Assembly (NCBI GenBank): GCA_965644295.1
Contig: CBFFRP010000435.1
Location: forward strand, 62,001 to 126,000
DNA from: Paraphysomonas bandaiensis
Taxonomy: Eukaryota; Protista; Chrysophyceae
DNA length: 64,000 nt
Direction of reading: 5' to 3'
This document shows positions 12,742 through 24,040 of the stretch, piece after piece (position 1 is the stretch's first letter; each line of letters begins with the position of its first letter). The position numbers and the translations under genes were made by a program. Below the pieces are notes generated by a model. That model was not told the origin of the DNA, ran no database searches, and worked only from the letters and a program-made list of their open reading frames with translations.

Positions 12742-15700
12742 ATGGATGTTGTAATCGATGCGGAACAATTTTTCACGAGGCTGGATCGGCTAAAACGGCA
12801 CTGGATATCTCATAAACATGAGTTTTGGGAGGGAGCGGATGCGGTATGCATACCAATGGGATCGATGAAAGATCAGAATGTGGATTACTCTAAATCATCA
12901 TCTATGCACATGTATTTGCTCGGCTATGAGTTTCCTGACTCACTCTTTGTGTTAACATCTACAAAATTGTTTTTTATGGCTGCGCAGAAGAAAGTTAATT
13001 TTGTTGAAGCCATTAAAAATGACGAGAAATTTCCGATCACAACTCTGGTCAAGACGAAGGATGAAGATGCTAATAGAGATCACTTTAAAACTATACTGGA
13101 TGAAATTAAAAAAGGTGGTGGTTCCAAGCTGGGTTCGTTAATGAAGGCGGCGTTTGAAGGGAAATTTATTGCTAGCTGGATTGACTACACATCAGAAGCA
13201 ATTGAAGTAGTGGAAGCAGGGCGCGGATTTGGATCATTATTATCGGTTAAAGATCCGATAGAGCTGGTTTGTGCATAAGTCGTGATATATGCTGCCCTAT
13301 ATTTACAATTACTGTAGGATACTTGCAAGCGTGCGGCCGTGCTGTCAAACAAAGTTCTTAAACATGGATTTGTTGCGGAGATGGAAGAAATAATAGATAA
13401 GGACGAAAAAGTCACACACGAAGATATCGCGCAAAATGTAAGCTCTGTATTATATGTTTGCGGCTTGTATATTGTCGCTCAAACTGTTGCATAAGTATTT
13501 ATTGCATGCCATTATGTCCACGTTGTATTCAGATAGAGAAGATTATCTTCGATCCTAGCAAGCTCGGTATAAAAGTGGCCCGAGAAATGGTAGAGAGTTG
13601 CTACACTCCTATTATTCAAAGTGGGGGCGATTACGATATCCGAGTTACTGCACAGAGCAACAACAAACCCATGTCCTTCGACATCATCATCTGTAGTCTG
13701 GGGGCGCGGTACCGTAGCTACTGTGGCAACATCGCACGTACGTTTATGATCGATCCGCCTCGGAAAGTCCTAGAGACATACTCGGTTTTGATGTCTCTTT
13801 GTGACAAGTGTCTGGAACAAATGGTGGTGGGGAATGAGCTGAAGGACGTGATGGAAGGAGCTAGGGCGTACCTAGAAATGAAGAAACCTGAGTTAGTCAA
13901 TTGCCTCCCGAAGTCACTTGGATTTGCGATAGGCATCGAATTCAGAGACAGTTCTAACCTCCTCAATTCCACTAATACCAATCACTTTGAGGACGGTATG
14001 GTGTTCAATCTAGCTGTTGGGCTGCATCGTGTTCCCCTCTCTGAAGGAGAGAGGAAGGGAGACCAGTACAAAGATATGAAAGAATTCTCTCTTCTAGTTG
14101 CCGACACTGTGCGAGTTCAAGCAGATGGTGTCCCCGATGTTCTTACAAAGACAAGTCGTAATGCTGCCGATGTAACATACAATATAGCAGATCAGGTTCG
14201 TAAACCGACTCGGTTCTCCTTCGGTGTGTAAGTGATGTGGATGGACGCAGGCTGACGAGGACGAGAATGATCCTGGGGCAGACCACGGAGCAGGAGATGG
14301 AGTTTATACCCGCAGGTCAGAGCGCGGTAAGGCTGAGAAAGAGGAGGCGGAAAGAAGTGCCGCCGAGCGAGCGATTCGTCAAAAGGAACTGATGGAGGAG
14401 AAACTAGCTCAGGCGAGACGAAAGGCTCAACGTGGTGGAAACGACAAAGGAAAGGGGACAGAGGAAGAGGAAGAGGCGACGGATCTTAACACCTATCCTT
14501 CTCCGGAACATTTCCCTAAAGAGGCTACACCGAATCGTCTTCGAGTAGATATGCAGCGCCAGGCTGTGATAGTACCCATTAATGGTCAGCTTATCCCATT
14601 CCATATTTCTACTATTAAAAACGTATCAATGCCGGAGCCTGATAGGGCTACGTACCTGCGAATCAACTTCTACTCTACCGGTATGGCACTCGGCAAAGAT
14701 GTACCAAAGAACATGATGCACTTAATTGCGAAGTACGGGAGCGCTTCCTCCTTTATTAAGGAGCTCACATTCCGGTCGTTAGATCCCAAGAACTTGACGA
14801 CGGCTTACAGAAATATCCAGGAGCTACGCAAGCGCCTGCGCCTAAGTGAACAGAGGGCGGAGGAGGAGAAGGACCTTGTGGTACAGGAGAAACTTGTGCG
14901 CATTCGAGACCAGCGCGTACCGAGATTGCAAGACCTCACAATGCGACCGCAATTTAGTGGGAGAAAGTCTACCGGGATGCTCGAGTCCCATCAAAATGGC
15001 CTTCGGTTCACGTCCACCAAGGGGGAGGTTATGGATGTCATGTACCGCAACATAAAACACGCATTCTTCCAGCCTTATGTAAAGAGCACAATGATTCTCC
15101 TTCATTTCCACCTCAAGGACTTCATTCTTATTAACAAAAAGAAACACAAGGATGTTCAGTTCGTAACCGAAATAGTTGACTCATCAGTCAATTTGGATTC
15201 CCAGAAAAGGTCGGCATACGACCCTGAGGAGCTTGATGAGGAACAGAGGGAGATAGAGATGAAAAAGCGCCTCCAAACAGCGTTTCACGATTTTTGTAGG
15301 AAAGTGGAGAAGGTCGCTAAGTACTATGACTTCAATCTGACCTTTGATGTACCCTACGCTGACCTTGGCTTCTACGGTAACCCCAATAAGGAGATGGTCT
15401 TTATCCAGCCCTCTTTGGGGTGTCTCGTTAATCTGACGGAGATGCCCTTTTTCGTTGTGGACCTCTCCGAGATTGAACATGTTCATTTCGAACGCGTTGA
15501 CTTTTCTACCAAGAATTTCGACATGGTTATCATATTCAAGAATTTTGATATACTTCCTCGTACAGTTGTTGCTATTGAGGTTAAGTATATGGATATGATC
15601 CAGGACTGGCTGAGTACAGTTAACATTACTTACACCACTGGACCACAGACTATGCATTGGAAGAACATCATGGACACAATAAAGAATGATGACCGCTTCT

Positions 15701-16107
15701 ATTTCGATACAGACGAAAGCGGTGATCCTAAACCTGCGGGTTGGAACTTTCTCACAGCTGAAGGGTCGGATGATGAGGATGATGAGGAAGATGATGATGA
15801 TAGTAGCTTTGCCGGAGAGTCTGCTGAGTCCGAGGAAGAGGAGGATGATAGTGATGAAAGCGACGATTCATTTGAAGACGAAGAGAGTGAGGGGTCGTAC
15901 GACGAAGATGCGGATGAGGATCTAGAGGAACAGGGAATGGTACGTATGCATAGTGCGGCTCTATCGTCTCATTGTTTCTGTGTTTTTATGCAGTCGTGGG
16001 ATGAGCTGGAGAGAGATGCGGAGGTATCAGACAAGGTCAGAAAGCAGAGAGAGAGAGAAGACGAGGCAGCGGACCATGCCCCGAGAAAAAAACGGAAGTC
16101 GCGTTGA
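12742..16107 (+). CDS. SPT16: FACT complex subunit SPT16 (5 exons)
   Basis: YLLGYEFPD, PIIQSGG, SLGARYRSYCGNIARTF, PFHISTIKN, YLRINF, LESHQNGLRF, HFERV..KNFDM and an acidic tail. Introns 13267-13317, 13438-13532, 14196-14250 and 15940-15993 keep the frame. Confidence 0.97.
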
Positions 16108-16537
16108 AGATGAATTAGAATGATGTTGCTGTATCCTTCCGTGTCTGATTTGATCAGAAATTTAGTAATCTTAGGTGTTTAGTAACAGTATGAACTATTG
16201 CTATCATGGCTAACAAGTTTAATAGAAATTGATATTTATATATTTTATCAGCATCTCTTTCGTTTACTTTTGACCTCGGTGCGAGGTTTGTAGTGTTTAA
16301 GAGACTTGATTAAGTTTGCTTATTGATATGCTATTATAAGTTGTATTTGGCCACCTGTATAAGACCACGCGAATTGTAATTCGGAAATGTATAATTGTGG
16401 AATATAGATCCCTAATGTCAGGTGGTGAGGAGCAAGTGGATGACAAGACTCCTATTCACATCGCGGATATACAGCGAATGGGTGAAGACCTTGTGACAAG
16501 AGTATCTGCCAGTTCTAGATCACGTGACGACGGGACC

Positions 16538-16895
16538 TGTTGAGTTCTGCAATATGATATGATATATATTGTGCAATTGAAGTGAGTTAATTGTGTGCAA
16601 TAGGTGAAGTCAACTCATAGGTGTAACCGGTGATTATAGTTACAAAGGAATTAAATTCAGTTACTGATGTGTGACTTCATAAGATGATATAGGGCTGAAT
16701 GGTAAACATATATAAACAGATGTTGCTGAGAACAGATGTTTCATCAGATGTTACACGAATATATATTTAGTGAAGTGTTCAGAACAATAATTATAATTTC
16801 TTACTTGAAAAAAGCGCATTGTGTTCAACACCGCAAGAAGATTAAGGTTTACGTGTAGAGCAAAGTTAACTTCAGTGAAATGTCCAATTCTAACA
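16538..16895 (+). mobile_element. Solo LTR (358 bp, Copia-associated family) with perfect 5-bp TSD GGACC
   Basis: Starts TGTTGAG, ends TTCTAACA. GGACC at 16533-16537 and 16896-16900. Homologs at 18241-18511 (+) and 59102-59457 (-). Confidence 0.92.
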
Positions 16896-17089
16896 GGACC
16901 AGCGGACATTTATCACAGTAGTGAGACGGTTTCATCCCCTTCTGACTTCGTATGTGCTCCGGCAGAGGAAACTCCATCAGATCGCTCAACAAGGCACAGG
17001 CGCGCAAGGCCTCCAAGAGTGACGAATATGTCAGTGGTGCATTACCTTGACATACAAATTATCTAATGCGTTGCTCACCGCGGTTATGG

Positions 17090-18511
17090 TATAAATGCTT
17101 TGATAAGTTTATTACCGTGTAAGTCCTTGAATTTATATATTATCATGTTTACTTGACCCATGTTTATTGTTTAAACGAATCTGGGGTGAATTAGTTCTGT
17201 TTGTAATATATACGTAGTAGATGATATTATGCTGATAGCTTGTCGAGATACGAGTATTATTTTGGAAATTAAGCGACGAGTGTGTGAAGGGTCAAATCGA
17301 TATTACAGAATATGAATGAGATTGGCCAGTTTGTGATCGTGAGAGTAATAAGTTAACGCGAACTACGAATTGTCTCATACTTGACAGTGTACAACAAAAA
17401 CAAAAAGATATTGGCGAAGTATGTGGAGTTTCTGGGTCCACGGGACAAGACTCGGCGATACCCACTACCTAGTGATGTCATGGATAGGATCATTGTGGGG
17501 GGAGTGGAACACGTGCATTCGGCTGAAGAGCAGGAGTTTGTCGACAATTTTCCCTATCATCCATTAATAGGAGAGTTACTATTTTATATACTTATCTACT
17601 ATGAATACAAGACTGGATATATCATACGCAGTGGGAGTATTGTCACGATTTTCAACGAAAGTGAATATCGTTGTATATGTAAACGCATGATGTTGTTGTA
17701 TTTTATACACACTACATAAGTTTTGATGTGATGACCAATCCTGGCGTAACGGTCTAAACCTGGTGAAATTTTGAAAATGTGGATTTAAGTTGAGTTAATG
17801 ATGTATGTGTTTTGTAATAAGTAACGTAGTAGGTGTAAAGAGAACATGTTTTAAACACATTTAATAAATATTACATTAGTTACGTCAAAAAAGTGAGAAT
17901 GTAGCGGTTACATTTATATATAATATATACATGCATACTATAGTGCTATATATATTATTACAAAGTGCTATCTACTTTATACTTACTCATGATGCAGTGT
18001 AAACTCATGATCTATGTATTTAATGCAGTATGTACGAGAGGTACTACGGAAAAAGGCATTCAATATATAGGGAACGATTGTGATCTTTATATGTTCACTG
18101 ATGCTGACTGGGCGATTAACTTCAGAGTTATGTTTGGAGCTGGTGGGCCACTATCGTGGGGTTCCAAACTTCAGTCTACTGTAGCTACATCGACTATGCA
18201 AGCTGAGTATCTATATAAGAAATTACAGGAAATGATATGGTGTAACCGGTGATTATTGTTACAAAAAGGGAGTTAATTGCGCAGTTATACTGATGTCACT
18301 GTGTGTGACTATATATAAGACATACTGGTGAACATATGATAAACAGATGTTCACTAGATGTTGTTACATATGCATAATATGTAGTGAAGTGTTTAGATCA
18401 ATACTTATAATTTCTTACTTAAAAGTGCATATTGTGTCCAACAACGCAAGAAGATTAAGGTTTAAGAAGTGTAAAACAAAGTCAAATTCAGTGAAGTGTC
18501 GAATTCTAACA
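17090..18511 (+). mobile_element. Decayed Copia element: RT C-terminus, RNase H, then a 5'-truncated LTR (18241-18511)
   Basis: FPYHPLIGELL (RT) and RGTTEKGIQY..FTDADWA...LSWGSKLQSTVATSTMQAEY (Copia RNase H), followed by an LTR ending TTCTAACA that is homologous to 16622-16895. Confidence 0.88.
17745..17950 (+). repeat. Dispersed ~200-bp repeat, copy 2, inserted in the Copia remnant
   Basis: Homologous to 10817-11020; CGTAACGG...GCGGTTACA ends. Confidence 0.7.
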
Positions 18512-18646
18512 GGCTCCACTATCAGTCCGCACTGAATTCAATACATTGCTATACCTCAACAGTATATATATACCATCTCTTCAACGAAATATCTGTCATC
18601 AGTAACACTTGTTAGATACAAATTGTTAAATACATGCTCAAGCAAA

Positions 18647-18800
18647 TTGCACCTTGGTGCTTGCGATGACGCACAAGTAGCATTCGTAGCATCAAATAGT
18701 TAAGCACTGGTTCGTTTGACTGCAATGCTACAGTAATTTTGATTCTTAAACGCTTACTGCTGGTAATAATAAATAAGACATTCACTACTATAAATAATAA
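18647..18800 (+). mobile_element. Isolated retroelement 3'-end module (severely 5'-truncated LINE/SINE)
   Basis: GCACCTTGGTGCTTGCGATGACGCACAAGTAGC...AATAAGACATTCACTACT plus a (TAA)-rich tail; matches 2090-2260 and 31103-31250. Confidence 0.75.
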
Positions 18801-19927
18801 TGCTAAGTCCTCAAAACATTTTTTTATTTTGCTACAGCCGTAGGGGGATTACATATTTTTGCCATTTTCTGAGTAATACTTTTTAAACGGTCAATGGCTG
18901 CACATACGAGTTCTCCAGGTAAAATTTTGAAACTCGCATACTGTTTGCTTTTAACTCTACCAATGTAAACTTGGTTTCCCCTCGAAACAACTCTCTACTA
19001 ACCTAGCAATCGAAATCACTGACTAATAACTCCTTCGCAGGATCATCTTACCGTTGTACTCTTGTCTACGATATACAGTGCTTCTCTACATGTGAGACTG
19101 TCTCAAAAATAGAACTGACACAAGTGCTCTTCTTCTCGAATCTCTAATCGCTTCTCGTGACAGTCATTGACGTCGTTTTTAACTGCTGTGGGAACGTTAT
19201 TGGCGGGTCTCATTGGTTGTTCCTCAAGTCCTAACTAGTCTCAATTCTTGCGCATAAGCCATACATTCTTGAGTTTGTTAGTTCAGTTGGTCACTCCAAA
19301 CTACCATCCGAAATTATTTCAGATACTGACACTTGGGTGGCGTAACTGCACAGTAAAGCAACTTACCCAATAACCAATGATAATTATTTCTCATCATTTT
19401 TTGTCATCCGTTTTACTGAAGTTGTTACTACTACCAACCAATATTTCTACGATTATAGGGAGAAGTGATTTTATGCGATCAATATTATTTTTTCAGTTTA
19501 GCTAAACTGCATCATTACACATCGTTTATGTTCGTATTTCGGATAGGACTGTCTTTTTGAAATATTACGAAAAGGCAGTACACCGTTCAGTTTCTTATCA
19601 ACAAGCTCAACTCAACAAATTTTGCATCGGTGGACATAGGAGAAACTTATTACCACAACTACTTACCTCCATTGCAACCTGCCATAAATAAACATAGAGC
19701 TGTAATAGAGTAATGTTGACAATGTAGATGTCACTAGCGCTAGCAGGATTCTCGCAATGAAATGTTCTGAATAATACGAACATTTTGTAAAACTGACAAA
19801 CATATTTTTAAAAAACAATGTTTTTGAAAGCGCTCATCTGTAAAAAGGGGGCAGGATGATGTGGTCAAATATGCTCTGCCAAGCAATATATAGTGAAGAA
19901 AGTAATCAGTGAATGGTGTTGCCATGA

Positions 19928-20667
19928 TTATACGATCTGGCAGAGAGAAAATAACACAATAGATACACCTAACCAAAGACTATAACTAATATTCGTCCTA
20001 GCACCACTTATTTCATAACAATTCGCGTTGCATTCATCATCGGACTCTTCGCATATCTCAACATGGTAGTCTTCAAAGTACGGCGGGATACCACCCACTT
20101 CATCATTAAAAAACTCCAAAAGTCTGTCCCGAGTAGTTCCACCAGGGGCGTAATAGTTACTCGGAATAATCTGTAATTACAAAATAAGTCATTTTACAGC
20201 GCACATCAAACAAGAAATGTATTAAATCTTACTCCATCATCTCCTGAGCAAAGCTCTCCCCTGTTCCCGGGGATCACAATTCCACAGTCATCGAAGTTGG
20301 CTGGATCTGCATCGAATGCAATGCCCGAGCAGAGAGTGATTGTACCATTTTTGGTATATTGTGGTTCTTTAGGACTGCATGCGTAACAAAATATATACTG
20401 TAGAGCAATATGAGCCTTCGTACGAACAGAAGCGCACAGCTCGGAGACGCCAACTAAGTCATCATAATATCCTTGGATCTCGGCATCGACGGCTGGATCG
20501 CAGCATGCATTAGTGCGAAACATAGAACAGAATGACAATGCAACGTTAGGTTCTTTCGGCCCACGCTGTTCAGAGGGCTGTTCACCAGTAACAGTACACT
20601 TCCTCTCTGCAGAAACAGACAACACAATATAATATAATAAAAGAGACAGCGTAACAACTACACGCAT
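19928..20667 (-). CDS. Secreted or GPI-anchored folate-receptor-like (Folate_rec) cysteine-rich protein; 2 exons
   Basis: Signal peptide; C..FRTNACCD...C...FCYACSP...LC...FDDC cysteine spacing; phase-0 intron 20232..20171; hydrophobic C-terminus SLWLGVSIVLFSLCQIV. Confidence 0.75.
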
Positions 20668-20946
20668 TGTCAATTCAATAGAGGTATGAATATACGATCC
20701 TATGATTAAATTTCATCTGACCGTATGATTGTATGCGTACTGTACTGACATTTTCTGTGCTTGTTATAGTCATATAGTGTACATATACCCACGAGATGTG
20801 AGAAATAGCGGGATTTTAGGGATATTAAGGTAAGGGAGGGAAGAATGTATTTCTAGATTTCCCAAAATCCTGAATTCAGATAATATTAGACAAAAAAATA
20901 ATACTGTACACGCCAAACTCAAGTTTGTGACACCTTTTATATCTTA

Positions 20947-21128
20947 CAGCCGTTCTAAACAAAAAACTACCTACCTAAACACCTCGGAAAAATCCTACCT
21001 TTTTCAAAACCTACCCATTGAAGGTTTTCGAAAACCTATGGTTTATGTGCAAAACGAAAACCCGAAACCTCACCACCGAGGTTCTCAACAGTAGGATTTG
21101 TGGGTAGTTTTTTTGTTAAGAACGCGTG
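20947..21128. mobile_element. MITE, probably Tc1/mariner-pogo type, in a divergent promoter
   Basis: Imperfect TIRs CAGCCGTTCTAAACAAAAAACTACCTAC / GTGGGTAGTTTTTTTGTTAAGAACGCGTG; TA on the left and TT on the right. Confidence 0.7.
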
Positions 21129-21251
21129 TTATGCTCCAAGAATTAAGAGCTCAATAGCAGTCCAGTGGAAAATTACATCTTTTAAGATAACACACTATCA
21201 TTTTACTTAAAATAGACGAAACCTCAGTAGCTTTACGGAATTTATCGAAGT

Positions 21252-21879
21252 ATGGTGCGTCAGGTTCCTTGGGATGAGATGCCTCGGTATTATTCCCCCA
21301 ATAAAGAGAAATTGCTTCCTGTAGAACAGAAACCTAAATCTGAAGAAGTTGAAGTCAAGAGCAAGGAGAATGACCTCAAAGAAATAGGAAGGCGAACCAG
21401 CTTCGGTGTATTGGTGAGTTACCTCTATGTATATTTTGCGGAGTTAACAGCGCAATGTTTTTGAAGAGTGGCGCGATTCTTGGATGTGCTGCTGCAACAG
21501 GTATCAGTTACTTACTATAAGGGTCCGCGTTAATTGTTTTTTATTTAGTTCAGGTAACGAACAGTGCGAAAGATATGGCGGCTGACAGAAGAGTTACTAC
21601 CGCAAAAATTTTGCGGTCTGCGGGACTTTGTGCAGGGTAAGTAATCACTTTATTCGTATTTTGTTCACTTTGATTTCGGACTTGTGTAGATTTTTTGGGG
21701 GCTACCATGGTTTGCGGAGTGCTCTGGAGTTTTCCTCTCAGATGCCCACTTCAAACTGCATGTTGACCGCTGCATTTTTTTCTCTTGCTCCTCTTCTAGC
21801 AGTCCCTAAACTTAGATCGACTTTCCCTTATGGTGTTGTACTACTTGCTATTGATGCCGCTTATGAATACAAGCCGTAA
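21252..21879 (+). CDS. Small multi-exon membrane protein, Tim17/Tim22/Tim23-like GxxxG helices
   Basis: Four exons join plausibly as ...RRTSFGVL|SGAILGCAAAT|..AKILRSAGLCAG|FFGGYHGLRSALE...; the family assignment is by pattern only. Confidence 0.6.
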
Positions 21880-22680
21880 TTTGGCATCATAGGGGTTGGA
21901 ATTGAGTACGTAGTAATTTCGTCGTGTTAGAGTATAAAATGAAAATAGTAAAAGAGTTCGTGTGCAATGCTCAACGCAGTCAAATGTAGGCCTGGTACTT
22001 GACATTTTTCAGCTCAACATATCAGACTTCAATTTCAGTACAATTCATATAGTGATACAAGTGCATCTATTACCAGATTACCAGGCTACGTAACAATTAA
22101 TAGTCAATTAATTGACGCAGGTTACAACCAATTAATCGATTCTAAAGTACGCACTCAGGTAGCTATACATCAGCTATCAGCTTGCTCAACTGTCATTTTA
22201 TTTCAGAGTCGACGATTCATGCGTAAAAACATGAGTCATCCTCCTGAGCGAATCAGTCATAATAATCTTTGCTATACTGAATAAAATAATATTTCAACTT
22301 TATTGTTTGTGGCATGCAAGTGCAAGTGCTAAAATGAATAAAGAAGTTTGAGTGTTTGTCTATTCTTTTATTATACATCCCAAATAACGATACTTTAAGA
22401 ACACTTGCAGCGTGCTTATGATTTCTTGCAGTATGCGTCCGCTAGCCCGCTAGCATCACGGGACAGTACTTGTGTCATCTGACTGGTACGTTTGTGTAGT
22501 TATTTATGATGTACTAAAGTGGTATAAATTTACTCAACTGAACAATCTGTGCTGGTGTCAATAACCAACTCTGAGACTTTACGCTGTCTGTGGTATCCAT
22601 TGCACACATAGATTGCATTTTGAGGTTGATATGAAACAAATTGAGTACACCATGCGCAGCAAGGAGAGTGCGCCTACAAG

Positions 22681-23190
22681 TGAGATAGATGGTATAGAGT
22701 GTATAGTGGATAGTGGTGTATTGTGGAATGGTATCTGGGTGTGATAGTATATGGGTGTATAGTGAAATGGTACAGTAGCATATAGTGGGATGGTATCTGG
22801 ATGTATAGTGAAATGGTATAGTGGTATCATATAGTGAGATGGTATAGTGATGTATAGTGGGATGGTATATGGGTGTATAGTGAGATAGTATATGGTATAT
22901 GGGTGTATAGTGAGATGGTATAGTGGTATAATATAGTGAGATTGTATAGTGGTATAATATAGTGAGATGGTATAGTGATGTATAGTTAGATAGTATAGTG
23001 GTATATAGTGGGATGGTATCTGGGTGTATAGTGAGATAGTACATGGGTCTAAAGTGAGATAGATGGTATATTGGTATATAGTGAGATAGATGGTATAGTG
23101 GTGTATAGTGGAATGGTATCTAGGTGTATAGTGAGATGGTATAGTGGTATATAGTGAGATGGTATAGTGGTATATAGTGCGATATGATAT
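22681..23190. repeat. Degenerate ~23-bp minisatellite (consensus ATAGTGAGATGGTATAGTGGTAT)
   Basis: About 20 imperfect units; the top strand is G/T/A-rich with very few C. Confidence 0.9.
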
Positions 23191-23239
23191 GGTCGGGGAT
23201 TTCGACGCACGTGAGGACTGCATCAGCATATTATGTATC

Positions 23240-23942
23240 ACTTCCATGAGTCCCTGACACCTCAAGATCTGCGCAACCTTGAAGCAGCTCATGATCCAAG
23301 ATCGAAGTCGATGATATATTACCCTACACAAAGGACCCCCTAGGCTACTCTCGCGACCGCAATGGAAACGCCCAAGGGTGCTACGATTACTAGGAGTCCG
23401 CAGGCGACCCGAGACTGGCCACCGCGCACCGTACACACGAACCCCACCACTCATACACACAGGAACATATCACCGTCCCGCATGAAACCTTCAAGCCCTC
23501 GACAACGACGCCGTCTCCGGCAACTCTACCTATGCCTGAGGCCCAAACGGTGCACTGAGACAACGCCACATTCCACCTCACCACCCACCTCTCAGCTCAC
23601 ACATCTAGCACTCGGTACACTCAGGACCTTAATACAGAACCCTGTACCTTAGAGCCTGGTGGAACCTCATCCCAAGGGGAGACCCCCTGATAACACGCGC
23701 CAGTGAGTCCTAAGACACACGACCATGGCGAAACTCGCAATCAACATCAAGAACGGAAGTGGTCGCACCTTGGTGCTTGCGGCGACTCACAAGCAGCTTC
23801 TGTAGCGCTAAATAGTGGGATAATAGAATTTGTACTGATTAGTTATGGGTAGAGGTCTAAATAATAGTAGAGCATTCAACTAGCCACTACATTGGTACGG
23901 GTTTTTAACGCCTATTGCTAAATAATAAGACTTTCAATATAT
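23240..23942 (+). mobile_element. Second 5'-truncated copy of the LINE at 713-2265
   Basis: Collinear with ~1530-2265, including the ORF end (ACACGCGCCAGTGA) and the same terminus GCTAAATAATAAGACTTTCAATATA. Confidence 0.9.
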
Positions 23943-24040
23943 CTAGCATATCATGTAACAAGTACTTTGAACATCAATTATTACATTGAGGAGGCGAATC
24001 ACTCTTATCATCAATAGTAAAGAGACAATACGTCTGCAAG

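Noticed and set aside
16538-18511. Intact two-LTR retrotransposon or TRIM
   Set aside because: The left LTR has its own TSD and no PBS follows it; the right LTR is truncated and diverged.
22514-23460. Tyr/Thr/Ile/His-rich ORFs, and the repeat as a CRISPR array
   Set aside because: The ORFs are translations of the minisatellite. Units are contiguous and degenerate with no unique spacers, there are no cas genes, and the context is eukaryotic.
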